Source: Clostridia bacterium (GTDB taxonomy: Bacteria > Bacillota > Clostridia > JAAYHZ01). Taken from it: a stretch of DNA of 64,000 bases. A model generated the notes under the pieces. The model did not search any database and was not told the origin of the DNA. It saw only the letters and a program-made list of their open reading frames with translations. Of the stretch, positions 1-10,392 are shown piece after piece. Location: positions 32,001-96,000 of the forward strand of contig JBMNIH010000005.1 of assembly GCA_050950825.1 (NCBI GenBank). The letters run 5' to 3'. Numbering within the stretch: the stretch's first letter is position 1; each line of letters opens with the position of its first letter. Both the position numbers and the translations under genes were made by a program.

Positions 1-1096
1 CGATGACCGATTCCAAAGCGTTTTTATCCGTGGATAAGCCCTTTGTTCCGTTACCGCTTCTTTTTAACAGAGCATCGACCGTATCGTGGTCGTGACCCAA
101 ACCGTATTTTTCATAGAAATCCGAAGGAAGAGCCGAAACGGTTTCGCTTTGGAATATGAAGTTTCCCAAGCTGTAGAAGACGGGTTTTCCTTTATAGATT
201 TCGATACCTCGCAATACATGAGGTCCGTGACCGATCACGGCGTGGGCGCCGGCATCGATGCATCTTCTTGATGCCGTAACCAAAAAATCCGTAGGCTCGT
301 TTTTATCCGTTCCTTTGATTTGGTGGGAATGGATGCTGACAAGGACGTAATCCGCTTGATTGACGGCTTGCCGTACGGTCTTTTCCAATCGCTCCATATC
401 CTTTTTATCCGGCTTGGTTATGACGCCGGAAACATGACTTTTTTTAAAGACGTATTGTCCGAGCATGAACTCGTCCTCTTGAAGCTTCGGGAGAAATCCT
501 TCCTTTCGTATCATATCGTCATAGGCATTAATCCCGGTTTTCGAAGCAATCCTTTTTAAAACTTCAAACTCCTCCGGTTCCAAAAGGTACTCCGTCGATA
601 CGCGAAGAGGATTGACACCGGGACGACCGACCATGTCTCTTCGTTGTTCTCCGGCTACCCACGAGTCGAACAAGGAGGAGGTTGCCGCAATCAAGGCTAC
701 CCGCCCGGAGGGGCAATCCAAAAAGGCGGGCGCTCCCGCCTCCGCCAAATTCTTGCCGGTTCCGGCATATGTAAATCCGTAATTTTTTAAGTATCGACCG
801 GTGGCTTCCAAACCGCCGTAAGAATAATCCATGGAATGGTTGTTTGCCGTGCCGATTAAGTTGAAACCGTAGTTTCTTAAGGTCTCCAATACCTTCGGCG
901 GTGCGACGGCCCACGTTCCGCCGCTTTGGGCGGAAGGGAAAGCCTCCATGTCGTGTACGGTAGTTTCCAAATTCGTAAACCTTGCCTCTGCGGATTTTAG
1001 AACCTCTTTTACCTTTTGAAATTCCGCATCTTCTTGAGGGCAACAGCGTGTGATAAAGCTGTCTCCCGTAGCCGAAAAAGTCATCTTCGTTTCCAT
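1..1096 (-). CDS. CapA (PGA_cap) family metallophosphatase-like protein, runs off the left edge
   Basis: Absent from ORF track. Manual translation from ATG 1096 gives METKMTFSATGDSFIT..FTNLETT..GTANNHSMDY..DAGAHAVIGHGPHVLRGIEIYKGKPVFYSLGNF, the typical CapA motifs. Confidence 0.85.
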   Translation of the reverse strand, partial: METKMTFSATGDSFITRCCPQEDAEFQKVKEVLKSAEARFTNLETTVHDMEAFPSAQSGGTWAVAPPKVLETLRNYGFNLIGTANNHSMDYSYGGLEATGRYLKNYGFTYAGTGKNLAEAGAPAFLDCPSGRVALIAATSSLFDSWVAGEQRRDMVGRPGVNPLRVSTEYLLEPEEFEVLKRIASKTGINAYDDMIRKEGFLPKLQEDEFMLGQYVFKKSHVSGVITKPDKKDMERLEKTVRQAVNQADYVLVSIHSHQIKGTDKNEPTDFLVTASRRCIDAGAHAVIGHGPHVLRGIEIYKGKPVFYSLGNFIFQSETVSALPSDFYEKYGLGHDHDTVDALLKRSGNGTKGLSTDKNALESVI

Positions 1097-1226
1097 GTCA
1101 TCCCCGTCCCGTTTCCTTGATACCTCTATTGTATGTTTTCCGAACCGCAGAATCAAGTGTTGTCACATCCCGTAGGCAAACGTAATATGCTGTATTGGAT
1201 TTATGTTAATAAAGGAAAGAGGAACC

Positions 1227-1925
1227 ATGTTTGATCCCATTGAAGCCATACGCTTCGATCAAATGATATACCCTGTGAATAATCTTACGAAACAGAACTT
1301 TTGCTTTAACCCCTTTGCCTGCAGAATCAAGGTGGAAGGAAAAGGCACCGTATATGCGATGCCGGATTTACTTACGGCCGTTATCGGCGTTCGTACGGAA
1401 AACGTCCGTCTGGCAACGGCCCAAGCGGAAAACGCCGCAAGAACAAAGCAGTTGTTGGATGCATGGGCCGACGAAGGCATCCCGACAAGCGATATCCAAA
1501 CATACGATTATGCCGTTTATCCTATGTACGATTACACGGAAGGACGCCAAATTTTAAGAGGATACGGCGTTGTCCATAGTTTTTTAATTACGATACGGGA
1601 CATCGAGAACGCGGGACGGATTATCGACATGTCCGTTCAAAACGGAGCCAACGAAATCGGCCAATTGACCTTTTCCGTAGAGGATCCTTCTCGCTATTAC
1701 GGAACCGCCTTGTCAAGAGCTCTTGAAGACGCCGATCGAAAGGCTGCCGCCATAGGCGAAAAATTAGGAGTAGCCGCCTCCATGCGCCCGGTCAGTATCG
1801 TAGAAGAAAGATTCGACCAAGGACCTCCCGTAGGAGTGTCGGGCATCCGAACCGATGCCGCGACACAAATACAGCCGGGGCGCTTGGAAATCACGGCCAC
1901 CGTCCACGTTCTTTACACCTATTAA
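1227..1925 (+). CDS. SIMPL (DUF541) domain protein
   Basis: IKVEGKGTV..PD, AQAENA, DIQT..Y.VYP.YDY, GAN.I..L.F, I.PG.LEITATV; RBS AAAGAGG before ATG 1227. Confidence 0.85.
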   Translation: MFDPIEAIRFDQMIYPVNNLTKQNFCFNPFACRIKVEGKGTVYAMPDLLTAVIGVRTENVRLATAQAENAARTKQLLDAWADEGIPTSDIQTYDYAVYPMYDYTEGRQILRGYGVVHSFLITIRDIENAGRIIDMSVQNGANEIGQLTFSVEDPSRYYGTALSRALEDADRKAAAIGEKLGVAASMRPVSIVEERFDQGPPVGVSGIRTDAATQIQPGRLEITATVHVLYTY

Positions 1926-2143
1926 GAGATTTCGATAACCTCGTAACCGGCTTCCTCAACGGCCTGTTTGATCTTTTCGGAAGACAAATCGGCCGTTAAT
2001 TTTATATCCGCCGTCTTTTTCTTCAAATTGACTTTGACATCCTGTACGCCCTCCAATTCCTTCAAGGCGTTTTCCACCCGCTTCACGCAATGATTGCACG
2101 ACATTCCTTCAATAATGGCTCTTTTTTTCAACATACCGAACAT
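1922..2143 (-). CDS. copZ: Copper chaperone (HMA domain)
   Basis: GMSCNHC metal-binding motif, 73 aa, downstream of copA. Confidence 0.9.
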   Translation of the reverse strand: MFGMLKKRAIIEGMSCNHCVKRVENALKELEGVQDVKVNLKKKTADIKLTADLSSEKIKQAVEEAGYEVIEIS

Positions 2144-2167
2144 CTCCTCTCCGCATATATTTTAACC

Positions 2168-4630
2168 TTACGGCTTAAATTTTCTCAACCTTAATGCATT
2201 GGTTACCACCGACACGGAACTGAATGCCATGGCGGCAGCGGCGATCATGGGATTTAACAACGGTCCGCCGAAAAGGTGCAAAAGCCCCGCCGCAATGGGT
2301 ATTCCTGCCGTGTTGTAGCCGAATGCCCAAAACAAATTTTGCTTTATATTCCTAATGGTTTTTCTGCTTAGCTTCATGGCTACGGCCACATCCGTCAAAT
2401 CGCTTTTCATCAGCACAATATCCGCCGATTCCATGGCCACGTCGGTACCGGAGCCGATGGCAATCCCGATATCCGCTTGGGCCAATGCCGGAGCATCGTT
2501 AATCCCGTCGCCTACCATGGCCGTTTTTTTGCCTTCCGCCCGGAGCTTCTTAATTTCATTGGCTTTGTCCTCCGGCAGCACCTCCGCCAACACGCGGTCG
2601 ATGCCGATCTGTTTTGCAACGGCTTGGGCGGTCCTTTTATTGTCCCCCGTAATCATTACCGTTTCAATGCCCAATGCATGAAGCTCCTCGACGGCTTTTT
2701 TACTGCTCGGCTTAACCGTATCGGCTACCGCAATGATTCCGGCAACCTTGCCGTCTACCGCCACAAACATGGGGGTTTTTCCTTCTTGTGCCAGCCGTTC
2801 CGCTTCCTCCTCCAGGAAAAGCTCCGTGTTACGGTCCGTCATAAGCTTCCGGTTGCCTAAAAGAACCTTTCTTCCTTGAACCGTTACTTGGATACCGTGT
2901 CCGGGTACGGCTTGGAAATCCTCCCCTTCCCGTAATGAAAGCCCTCTGTTTTCCGCCTCCCGTATGATGGCTTCTCCTAAAGGATGCTCGGATCCTCTTT
3001 CCGCGGAAGCGGAGATTTGAAGAAGCTCCGACTCGCTCATAATGCCGGAAGTCAGTATATCGGTTACCTTCGGCTCTCCCTCCGTTACGGTACCGGTTTT
3101 GTCCAAAACGACCGTATCCACTTTATGGGCCGTTTCCAAGGCCTCTCCGCCTTTGATCAAAATCCCGTATTCCGCTCCTTTTCCGGTTCCCACCATAATC
3201 GCGGTAGGCGTAGCCAGCCCCAAAGCACAGGGACATGCGATGACCAAAACGGATATGAAAATGGTCAAGGAAAATTCGGCGCTTTCTCCGGAAAGGTACC
3301 ATGCCAGGCCGGCAATTACGGCAATGGCCATGACGATGGGAACAAAGTATCCGGAGATAATATCCGCCAATTTGGCGATAGGCGCTTTGGAGCCTTGGGC
3401 TTCCTCCACCAGCTTGATGATTTTTGCCAAAGCCGTATCTTTTCCTACCTTGGTTACTCGAAACTTAATGGACCCGTTTTTGTTAATGCTTGCTCCTACC
3501 ACCGAATCCCCGGGATTTTTTTCCGTCGGGATGCTTTCCCCGGTTAACATGGATTCGTCTACCGATGTTCTTCCTTCCGTAATCACCCCGTCCACCGGAA
3601 TCCTCTCCCCGGGCTTTACAAGGACGATATCGCCGATTTCCAATTCCGCAGCCGGGATCACCGTCTCCTTGCCGTCTTTTAGGATGACGGCGGTTTTCGG
3701 TTGCAGCCCCATCAATGCTTTAATGGCTTCGGAGGTTTTTCCTTTCGAGATCATCTCCAAGTGTTTTCCTAACAGGATGAGGGTTATGATCACACCGGCC
3801 GTTTCAAAGTAAAGATGCCCCGCATACTCCGTATCCCCCTGCATAATGCGGATTACGGCATAAATCCCGTACAAAAACGCCGCTAAGGTTCCTACGGCGA
3901 TTAACGAGTCCATGTTAGGAGCTCCTTTAAACAATCTCGAAAACCCGGACGTATAGAATCGGTATCCTGCAATCATGGCGGGAATCACCAAGGCCAATTG
4001 AACCAAAGCAAAGTTCAAAGGATTGTCATGGGGGGATATGGCACGGGGAATCGGCAGCCCCGCCATATGACCCATGGCGATGACAAACAACGGTACGGTA
4101 AATACGGCGGCTACAATCAAACGCCTTCTTAAAGACTTTCTTTCTTTTTCTTTTTTTAAAGCTCTATCGTCCTCCGCACTCATGCCGTCTACGTCCAAAG
4201 CCTTGTAGCCCGCCTTGTTGATGGCATCCTTCAAATCCGATATTCGGATTTGCGCCGTATCGTATAAAACGAAGGCCTTCTCCGCCGCTAAGTTCACGCT
4301 TGCTTCTTTAACTCCCGGAAGCTTTTTTAATGCCCTTTCCACGGCTTGGCTGCAAGCGGCGCAGGTCATCCCTTCCACGGGGATATAGACCTCGCGAATC
4401 GATCCGTCCTTTTCTTCTTCCGCTTTGTAGCCTATCTTTTGTATCGCTTCTTTGATTCCATTCAAATCGATTTTTTCATCGTCGTATTCCACGGTAAGCT
4501 TTTCGGTAGCCAAATTGACGGATGCCTGTCGGATTCCCTCCGTTTTGTCCAATGCTTTTTCAATGGCCCGTGCACAGGCTGCACAGGTCATTCCCGTTAT
4601 ATTTAAATTCTTTTTTTCCATTCCCATCAC
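2168..4630 (-). CDS. copA: Copper-translocating P1B-type ATPase
   Basis: Two GMTCAAC HMA domains, [26 protein letters not shown]. Confidence 0.95.
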   Translation of the reverse strand: MMGMEKKNLNITGMTCAACARAIEKALDKTEGIRQASVNLATEKLTVEYDDEKIDLNGIKEAIQKIGYKAEEEKDGSIREVYIPVEGMTCAACSQAVERALKKLPGVKEASVNLAAEKAFVLYDTAQIRISDLKDAINKAGYKALDVDGMSAEDDRALKKEKERKSLRRRLIVAAVFTVPLFVIAMGHMAGLPIPRAISPHDNPLNFALVQLALVIPAMIAGYRFYTSGFSRLFKGAPNMDSLIAVGTLAAFLYGIYAVIRIMQGDTEYAGHLYFETAGVIITLILLGKHLEMISKGKTSEAIKALMGLQPKTAVILKDGKETVIPAAELEIGDIVLVKPGERIPVDGVITEGRTSVDESMLTGESIPTEKNPGDSVVGASINKNGSIKFRVTKVGKDTALAKIIKLVEEAQGSKAPIAKLADIISGYFVPIVMAIAVIAGLAWYLSGESAEFSLTIFISVLVIACPCALGLATPTAIMVGTGKGAEYGILIKGGEALETAHKVDTVVLDKTGTVTEGEPKVTDILTSGIMSESELLQISASAERGSEHPLGEAIIREAENRGLSLREGEDFQAVPGHGIQVTVQGRKVLLGNRKLMTDRNTELFLEEEAERLAQEGKTPMFVAVDGKVAGIIAVADTVKPSSKKAVEELHALGIETVMITGDNKRTAQAVAKQIGIDRVLAEVLPEDKANEIKKLRAEGKKTAMVGDGINDAPALAQADIGIAIGSGTDVAMESADIVLMKSDLTDVAVAMKLSRKTIRNIKQNLFWAFGYNTAGIPIAAGLLHLFGGPLLNPMIAAAAMAFSSVSVVTNALRLRKFKP

Positions 4631-4647
4631 CGCCTGTCTTTCTCTTG

Positions 4648-4914
4648 TTATTTCAAATACTTATCCAATAAATAGATGATTTCATCGACCTTTTGTTCGC
4701 CTTCGCCTTGCTCAAAGGCTTCTTTTACACAGCCTTTAATATGGCGGTCGATAATTTTCAGATTGGCTTTTTTTAAAAGAGCCGAAACCGCCAGAATTTG
4801 CTTGGAAATGTCCACGCAATAACGGCCTTCCTCCACCATACGAATGACACCGTCCATTTGGCCTCGTGCCGTTTTTAGCAAATTCAAAATTTGTGTCGTT
4901 TCCTTGCTTTCCAT
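4648..4914 (-). CDS. csoR: CsoR/RcnR-family metal-sensing repressor
   Basis: [29 protein letters not shown] (C-H-C ligands); first gene of the cop operon. Confidence 0.9.
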   Translation of the reverse strand: MESKETTQILNLLKTARGQMDGVIRMVEEGRYCVDISKQILAVSALLKKANLKIIDRHIKGCVKEAFEQGEGEQKVDEIIYLLDKYLK

Positions 4915-5001
4915 GTAAAATCTTTCCCTTCTCACGATCCTTCAAAAATTCTTTTATTCTATGTTTCCAATGATACGAAGTAAAATACCATTCTTCTTCC
5001 A

Positions 5002-5062
5002 TACCTACCCCATATGGGGAGGGGTTATATTTTCATTATACACCCTTTTTTTGATTTGTAAA
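5002..5062 (-). promoter_or_regulatory. sigmaA promoter and probable CsoR operator of the cop operon
   Basis: Minus strand TTTACA-16nt-TATAAT (5062-5035), followed by the palindrome CCCCATATGGGG (5008-5019), like the C/G-tract CsoR operators. Confidence 0.65.
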
Positions 5063-5100
5063 GCTTTTTTCATGAAAACAAAATCGAGAAATACAAGATA

Positions 5101-5126
5101 AAGGGGAGGCATGCTCCTCCCCTCTT
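5101..5126 (-). terminator. Hairpin terminator after the micropeptide pair
   Basis: AGGGGAGG-catgct-CCTCCCCT inverted repeat, T-rich tail on minus strand. Confidence 0.65.
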
Positions 5127-5149
5127 CGGTTCATATTTTATACGATATA

Positions 5150-5266
5150 TTAGTAGCGATTATCCGCGAACAGCAATAAGAATACTAATATAAAGAACAA
5201 TATAGCGCAATCGTCTTTGAAGATATTTCTTCTTACACCGCCAACCAAAGGATTGTTATCGGACAT
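5150..5266 (-). CDS. 38-aa single-TM micropeptide (paralog B)
   Basis: RBS AAGGAGG; MSDNNPLVGGVRRNIFKDDCAILFFILVFLLLFADNRY*; below the ORF-track cutoff. Confidence 0.75.
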   Translation of the reverse strand: MSDNNPLVGGVRRNIFKDDCAILFFILVFLLLFADNRY

Positions 5267-5305
5267 AATGGAACCTCCTTTCTCCGTATGGAATCGATTT
5301 TTTTC

Positions 5306-5392
5306 TTATCTGTAATCGTCTCTTGCGAACAACAAGAGGAACAAGATGATGAAAAACAAAATACCGCAATTGTCTTTAAAAATACCTCCCAT
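5306..5392 (-). CDS. 28-aa single-TM micropeptide (paralog A)
   Basis: G-rich RBS; MGGIFKDNCGILFFIILFLLLFARDDYR*; clear homology to the adjacent peptide. Confidence 0.7.
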   Translation of the reverse strand: MGGIFKDNCGILFFIILFLLLFARDDYR

Positions 5393-5584
5393 TCCAACCC
5401 CCCCTTTATTCTTTGATAGTATATAATATTCTCATTATGTTAAGTTGTTCCTTAAATTTATGAAAACCTTTGTTCCGTACCGAACCGTGATTTTTTCTTG
5501 AAGAATTTGTGATTTTTTCAAAACAAATAAATCCGTGAAATTCACGGATGAAAAAAAGTTTGGATATAAAAAAAGAGCTGTCTT

Positions 5585-6676
5585 TTAAGACAACTCCAAT
5601 GCTTCTTTGATAAAGGATGGCCGGTATCCGTTTTCCACGCACCAGCGTATCGCCGTATCGAAGCGTTCGTAATAGTCCGGCATGTATTTTATATAATGGG
5701 GATAAAAATATTGCTCGTGGACGCAAAGCTCTTTGAAGGTATATAAAGGATGTTGTTTTTGGAATATCTCAAAATCCTTCGGAATATCCGACAGAGGGAT
5801 ATGCTGCATGGATGCACCGTATCGGACAAAGTATACGTCCTCTTGTTTGTCGTAGTAAAACCCGTATATGTTCAAAAGAGCGCACTGCTCCGCATTAAGA
5901 TAATAGCGGATGGATACGTTATCGGGGTCGTGATACCGAAAAGACCCTACAAACGCCTTTACTCCGCAGGATCGTAGGGCTCGTACCGTTTCAAGGGTGG
6001 CATCTCCCCAGTGAACGGTGGTGACCAAACGGGAAAAAGCTTCTTCTCCTGCAAAACGAATGATTTCATCGGCTACCCGCTCGTGCTCGAGCTTCACTTG
6101 GTCGAAGGTGCCTCGGATATAGGGGCGGTCGGGCAGATTGGCGTTTGCATGAAAAGAAAGCCTGAGCCAATCGGAATGGTATGCCCACTCGGACTTGAAT
6201 TTGTCCGGCATTTGGGTAAGATTGAAGCCTCCGAACTCCGGACACTCGTAATAGATATTCAAGTGAAATTTGGTACCGTATTTGTCGTGCATGGTTTTGA
6301 TAAGGTTCAAATACGGATCTTCAAATAGGGATTTGTAGTCCCTTTGTCGCTTTGCAAGGTTTTGAAAGCACCAAATGTTATCATCCAAAGAGAAACGATA
6401 CTTTTTATGGGCATTTTTTAGGTAAAAGACCTCGATAAAGGTTTCTTCTTTGCTATCTTCGTCCCTTGCAACAAGTCGGGTTTTGTACCCCTTCAAAAGG
6501 ACATCCGCCGTATATTGGCTAGTATTATAGGCGCAGGGAACACCGTTTATTGTTATACGCCTTCCTTGCGCAGCGTTTACAATACACCGTATCTTAAGTC
6601 CTTCCTCGGTCTTTTTACCGGCCGCATCCGTTAACATCACGCCGTCAACGGGAAATGCAAAAGAAATATCCGTCAT
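5585..6676 (-). CDS. Hypothetical protein, polysaccharide-deacetylase-like C-terminal barrel
   Basis: 363-aa ORF; FSLDDNI, LSFHA, VHWG, CVHEQY motifs resemble NodB-like metal sites. Confidence 0.55.
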   Translation of the reverse strand: MTDISFAFPVDGVMLTDAAGKKTEEGLKIRCIVNAAQGRRITINGVPCAYNTSQYTADVLLKGYKTRLVARDEDSKEETFIEVFYLKNAHKKYRFSLDDNIWCFQNLAKRQRDYKSLFEDPYLNLIKTMHDKYGTKFHLNIYYECPEFGGFNLTQMPDKFKSEWAYHSDWLRLSFHANANLPDRPYIRGTFDQVKLEHERVADEIIRFAGEEAFSRLVTTVHWGDATLETVRALRSCGVKAFVGSFRYHDPDNVSIRYYLNAEQCALLNIYGFYYDKQEDVYFVRYGASMQHIPLSDIPKDFEIFQKQHPLYTFKELCVHEQYFYPHYIKYMPDYYERFDTAIRWCVENGYRPSFIKEALELS

Positions 6677-6700
6677 ACGAAATACCCCCTTTATGTTTCG

Positions 6701-7381
6701 CTATAGAACCGTTTTCACAAAATCTCCTGCCGTAATGCTATCGTAAGTTACCATACAGTCCATCGCCAAGACGGCAACTCCCGCATCAAAAGCCGCCTTA
6801 AGTTCATCGGCGAAGGCTTTATGGGTCTTTCTATTCGGCGTGAAATAGGAAACATCCTTCATTTGTATGAGAAAAACCATCAGGGGCGAAAAGCCTTCCT
6901 TCATACTTGCCGCAAGCTCCTTGATATGCTTGACCCCTCTTTCGGTAGGCGCATCCGGAAACAGCACCACATCGTTTTCTTCTAACGTCACGCCCTTTAC
7001 TTCCGTTAAAATCTTTTGCTTTTTCGTTTCTATGAGAAAATCAAAGCGGGAGCTTTTGTACGTAAATTCCCTTTTAATGCTTGTAATCTCCCGCTCTTCT
7101 TTATGCTCCATAAGCCATTCATAAAAAACGGTATTCGGCGCTTGGCTGTCGATATTCACCAACCGATTGCCCTTTACAACCGTGATTAGATCGTAAGAGG
7201 TCTTTCGGGTTTCTTTCATTACTTCCTGCACGTAAATTTCGGCGTTTTTCACCAAAAGCTCCTTGCATCGTCCGGTGTTCTTTACATGGCATACGGAAGG
7301 CTTTCCGTCTACGATGATATTGGCAATAAAACGGTTCGGCCGATCGATAAAAACCGCCTTTTTTACGTTTTCATACTTCAT
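6701..7381 (-). CDS. sfsA: DNA/RNA nuclease SfsA
   Basis: RPNRF, HVKNTGR, SRFDF, EVKGVTL, FPDAPTERGVKH. Confidence 0.93.
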   Translation of the reverse strand: MKYENVKKAVFIDRPNRFIANIIVDGKPSVCHVKNTGRCKELLVKNAEIYVQEVMKETRKTSYDLITVVKGNRLVNIDSQAPNTVFYEWLMEHKEEREITSIKREFTYKSSRFDFLIETKKQKILTEVKGVTLEENDVVLFPDAPTERGVKHIKELAASMKEGFSPLMVFLIQMKDVSYFTPNRKTHKAFADELKAAFDAGVAVLAMDCMVTYDSITAGDFVKTVL

Positions 7382-8364
7382 ATGCTATCCTTACGGACCA
7401 AAAGAATTTCTTCTCGTCTCGCGCCTTTTGCTACTTTTACGAATCCGTCCGTTTCCTCTAAGTCCATGTAGCTCATCTTTTGAGGATTCTTCGCTTTGTT
7501 CGTCATGACGGAAGACTGCCCTTCAAAGCATAAATCAAACAAACACCCGACCATCATGGGATTTAAGGCGTAAGAGATGGATTTATAGGTATCCATGGCT
7601 TTTTTGCATCCTTCCATCCATCCCGTTTGCTCTTCTTTGTCCCATGCTTGGGGGTTTGCCGAAGGCTGTATTAAAATATCCGCTTTCTTTTCCGCCAAGG
7701 CTTGAACCACCGGTTCTTTAAAGCAATCCAGGCAGACGGCAATCCCGATATTTCCGAAGGGCGTCGGATACACTTTCAAATCTTCAATTTTCCCTACGCA
7801 CAGGTCAAAGCCTTCCCGGTCCTCCAAACCGGGTACCAAATGGGTTTTCTTTTGCGTTCCGATGAGTTCGCCTTGTTCGTTAAACAAGAAAGAAACGTTA
7901 TAAATGTTCCCGTCGGGTATTTTATACACCGTTTTCTTTATGTCCTTATTCCATTCAAAATCCGGCAGCAATACCGACCCTGCAACCAGAGTCACTCGAT
8001 ACTTTTTGGCCATTCGAGAAAACACATCCAAATACGTTTTGGCCGTTCTTTTCGCCGTGGCCAAAGCCAAAGCTCGAATCCAGCTGACTTTGTACCGTAG
8101 CTTGTAAGGCAGTACTTTCAGACCGTGTTTTTTAATCAGGATTTTAACGGCATCTTGTAATGTTTTTACATCCTTAACCGCTTCATAGGATCTCATAAAT
8201 ACCAAAGGAGTTCCTACGTCCTCCGGAAAAGCCACCAGGATATCTTCTTTCTCGCCCGCTTCCGATCGAATTTTCTTCATCAACGATTCGATTTTGCTTT
8301 CAAAAGCCTGAGGGCTTTTGTAGTCTTCTATATCCCAATGCATCTGAACAGCACAAAAATACAT
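7378..8364 (-). CDS. Carbon-nitrogen hydrolase (nitrilase family)
   Basis: FPE, K(T)HL, VCLD catalytic E-K-C triad. Confidence 0.85.
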   Translation of the reverse strand: MYFCAVQMHWDIEDYKSPQAFESKIESLMKKIRSEAGEKEDILVAFPEDVGTPLVFMRSYEAVKDVKTLQDAVKILIKKHGLKVLPYKLRYKVSWIRALALATAKRTAKTYLDVFSRMAKKYRVTLVAGSVLLPDFEWNKDIKKTVYKIPDGNIYNVSFLFNEQGELIGTQKKTHLVPGLEDREGFDLCVGKIEDLKVYPTPFGNIGIAVCLDCFKEPVVQALAEKKADILIQPSANPQAWDKEEQTGWMEGCKKAMDTYKSISYALNPMMVGCLFDLCFEGQSSVMTNKAKNPQKMSYMDLEETDGFVKVAKGARREEILLVRKDSI

Positions 8365-8455
8365 GGCGATTCTTTCATCCCCCTTTAAATGTAAAACATT
8401 ACGCCCATTATATCATGCCGTATTCGATTTTGTCAAAAAAATAACAAAGCAAAAT

Positions 8456-9445
8456 TTAAAAATCTTCGTACAACGCCACGGTCAAAGCGGAGTAATCTCC
8501 TACCTTTTCTCCTAAGGCCGCAGGTACAACGGAGCATACGGAAGCGGACCTGTATAAGGTTTCTTCTTCGATCACCTTCTTTGCATAAGACCATAAAAGG
8601 TCTTTGCTTCGGGCAAATACGCCTCCGATCACAATCTTTTCCGGGTTCAACAAGTCGATTAAAATGGAAAGGCTTCTTCCTAAATATTCTCCGCTTATGC
8701 GGTAAACCTCCAAGGCCAATTCGTCTCCCTCGAAGGCCGCCATGGCCACGGATTTGGCGGTTATCTCGTCCAACCGATCAAGGCCTTCGCAAAAAGATAC
8801 CTTCTCCCCTTTTTGAAACCGTTCGAGAGCCATGCTTTGCGCCAATCGGGCAATGCCTCCGCCGCTGCAGAAGCCTTCCGCGGAGCCCGACTTTCCATAT
8901 CCGACGGGGCCGAATCTTTCCAAGCGTATATGCCCGATTTCCCCCGCCATGTTATTGGCCCCTGTGTACAAAGCGCCGTTTAGGATAAGCCCTGCACCGA
9001 AACCGGTGCCGAAGGTTAAAAACACCATGTTTTTGCAGCCCTTTCCCGCACCGAATTTCCATTCCGCCAAGGCGCAAGCATCCGCATCGTTAGAAAGCTT
9101 AGCCCTGATCCCCGTCTTTTCTTCGACCAACCGCACAACCGGAAACTCGTCCCATCCCGGCAAATTGGGAGGCGATAAAACCATTCCCTTTTTACCGTCC
9201 AAAGGACCGCCGCAGCTGATGCCTACCGATGCGATATTGTTTTCGCCGTATTTATCAATCAGCATTTTCATTTCACGGCAAGCTCGATCCACGGTTTCCT
9301 CAGGAGTTTTGCATTCGGCCGTGAGGAAAAAGACGCGATCGATGACATCAATGGCTTCACGTCCCGGTTCCAGGGTTCCTTTTCCGATGGATACGGCACA
9401 TTTGGTGCCGCCGATATCAAAACCTAAAATTGTTTTCATAGTCAT
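8456..9445 (-). CDS. ROK family sugar kinase
   Basis: DIGGTK, NDADACALAE, GTGFGAG, GEIGH. Confidence 0.9.
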   Translation of the reverse strand: MTMKTILGFDIGGTKCAVSIGKGTLEPGREAIDVIDRVFFLTAECKTPEETVDRACREMKMLIDKYGENNIASVGISCGGPLDGKKGMVLSPPNLPGWDEFPVVRLVEEKTGIRAKLSNDADACALAEWKFGAGKGCKNMVFLTFGTGFGAGLILNGALYTGANNMAGEIGHIRLERFGPVGYGKSGSAEGFCSGGGIARLAQSMALERFQKGEKVSFCEGLDRLDEITAKSVAMAAFEGDELALEVYRISGEYLGRSLSILIDLLNPEKIVIGGVFARSKDLLWSYAKKVIEEETLYRSASVCSVVPAALGEKVGDYSALTVALYEDF

Positions 9446-9474
9446 ACCTAACCTAAATTTCGTTTTTTTCTATT

Positions 9475-10329
9475 TTAATATATGATTGCAGGTCCTTCGC
9501 CTTCAACCACATGGACCTTGACTCCTAATTCCTCCATCCACCCGCGCACAATAACCGTCTTATATTTTGCCGTATTGAAGCCTCTGCCAAGATCGTTGTC
9601 GTATAGCCACATGGGAGCAGACCAAAGGCATATTTCAGGCTGAACATATTCGTAAACGTTTTTATTGACACCGTTTTGGCCGTGATGGGCCATTTGAACG
9701 ATATCGCTTTTCAGCTTTTTCCCGTATCGTTCGGCCAACATGTCTCCGGCATAGGGACCAAGATCCCCTAAAAACAACGCCGTCTTTTCGTTCGGAAAGG
9801 CAATGCGAAACACAAGAGACGTATCGTTTACCGCATAACCGTTGTTTGTCGACGGGTCGATAAGGTTGCAAACCTTTGCAGGGTCATGGAGAAATTCGAT
9901 CTTCAAACCGGCAGGCTCGATAACATCGCCTTCACAGACAACGGTACAAATATCCGTATAAGTATGAAGAAGGTCAAATATTTTACCGGTTTGTACTTTG
10001 TAAACGGGCTCCGTTTGATTGATCCACTCTTGGGGCGGGAAATTATAGTATATCCTGTTAATTTTCACGCCGCCGGGATTATTCATGATCTCGATTAATG
10101 CAGCATAATGGTCGTCATGGCAGTGCGTAATAATCCACGCTTCCACTTCGCCGCCTCTTTTCATGATTTCATCGCGCAGATAATCCGCATCCCCGGTATT
10201 GCCCCCGTCAATCACAACAACCGGGCCGGAGGGCGGGTGAATGATATATGACATCATTTGAACAAGTGTCATATTCGGCGCTTGCAAAAGCCGGTAGCCC
10301 TGAAGTCCGAAGTTAATTTCTTTCATCAT
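9475..10329 (-). CDS. MBL-fold metallo-hydrolase (ComEC-like)
   Basis: IDGG, THCHDDH, LGD, AHHG. Confidence 0.85.
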   Translation of the reverse strand: MMKEINFGLQGYRLLQAPNMTLVQMMSYIIHPPSGPVVVIDGGNTGDADYLRDEIMKRGGEVEAWIITHCHDDHYAALIEIMNNPGGVKINRIYYNFPPQEWINQTEPVYKVQTGKIFDLLHTYTDICTVVCEGDVIEPAGLKIEFLHDPAKVCNLIDPSTNNGYAVNDTSLVFRIAFPNEKTALFLGDLGPYAGDMLAERYGKKLKSDIVQMAHHGQNGVNKNVYEYVQPEICLWSAPMWLYDNDLGRGFNTAKYKTVIVRGWMEELGVKVHVVEGEGPAIIY

Positions 10330-10392
10330 AATGTATTCTCCTTTTTCACCATACCCAAAAAAAACCGATCTTAAAGATTTGAGTATATGATA

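Noticed and set aside
564-1043. 159-aa Arg-rich ORF in the ORF track
   Set aside because: Alternate-frame shadow of the real CapA-family gene (1-1096, minus), which the track missed because it runs off the edge
2355-3812. Long antisense ORFs over copA (and similar ones over the lyases, DUF1538 and CotH)
   Set aside because: Shadows of conserved genes with no RBS or recognisable motifs
5406-5726. 106-aa ORF upstream of the micropeptides
   Set aside because: Overlaps the 363-aa gene out of frame and crosses AT-rich intergenic DNA; no RBS
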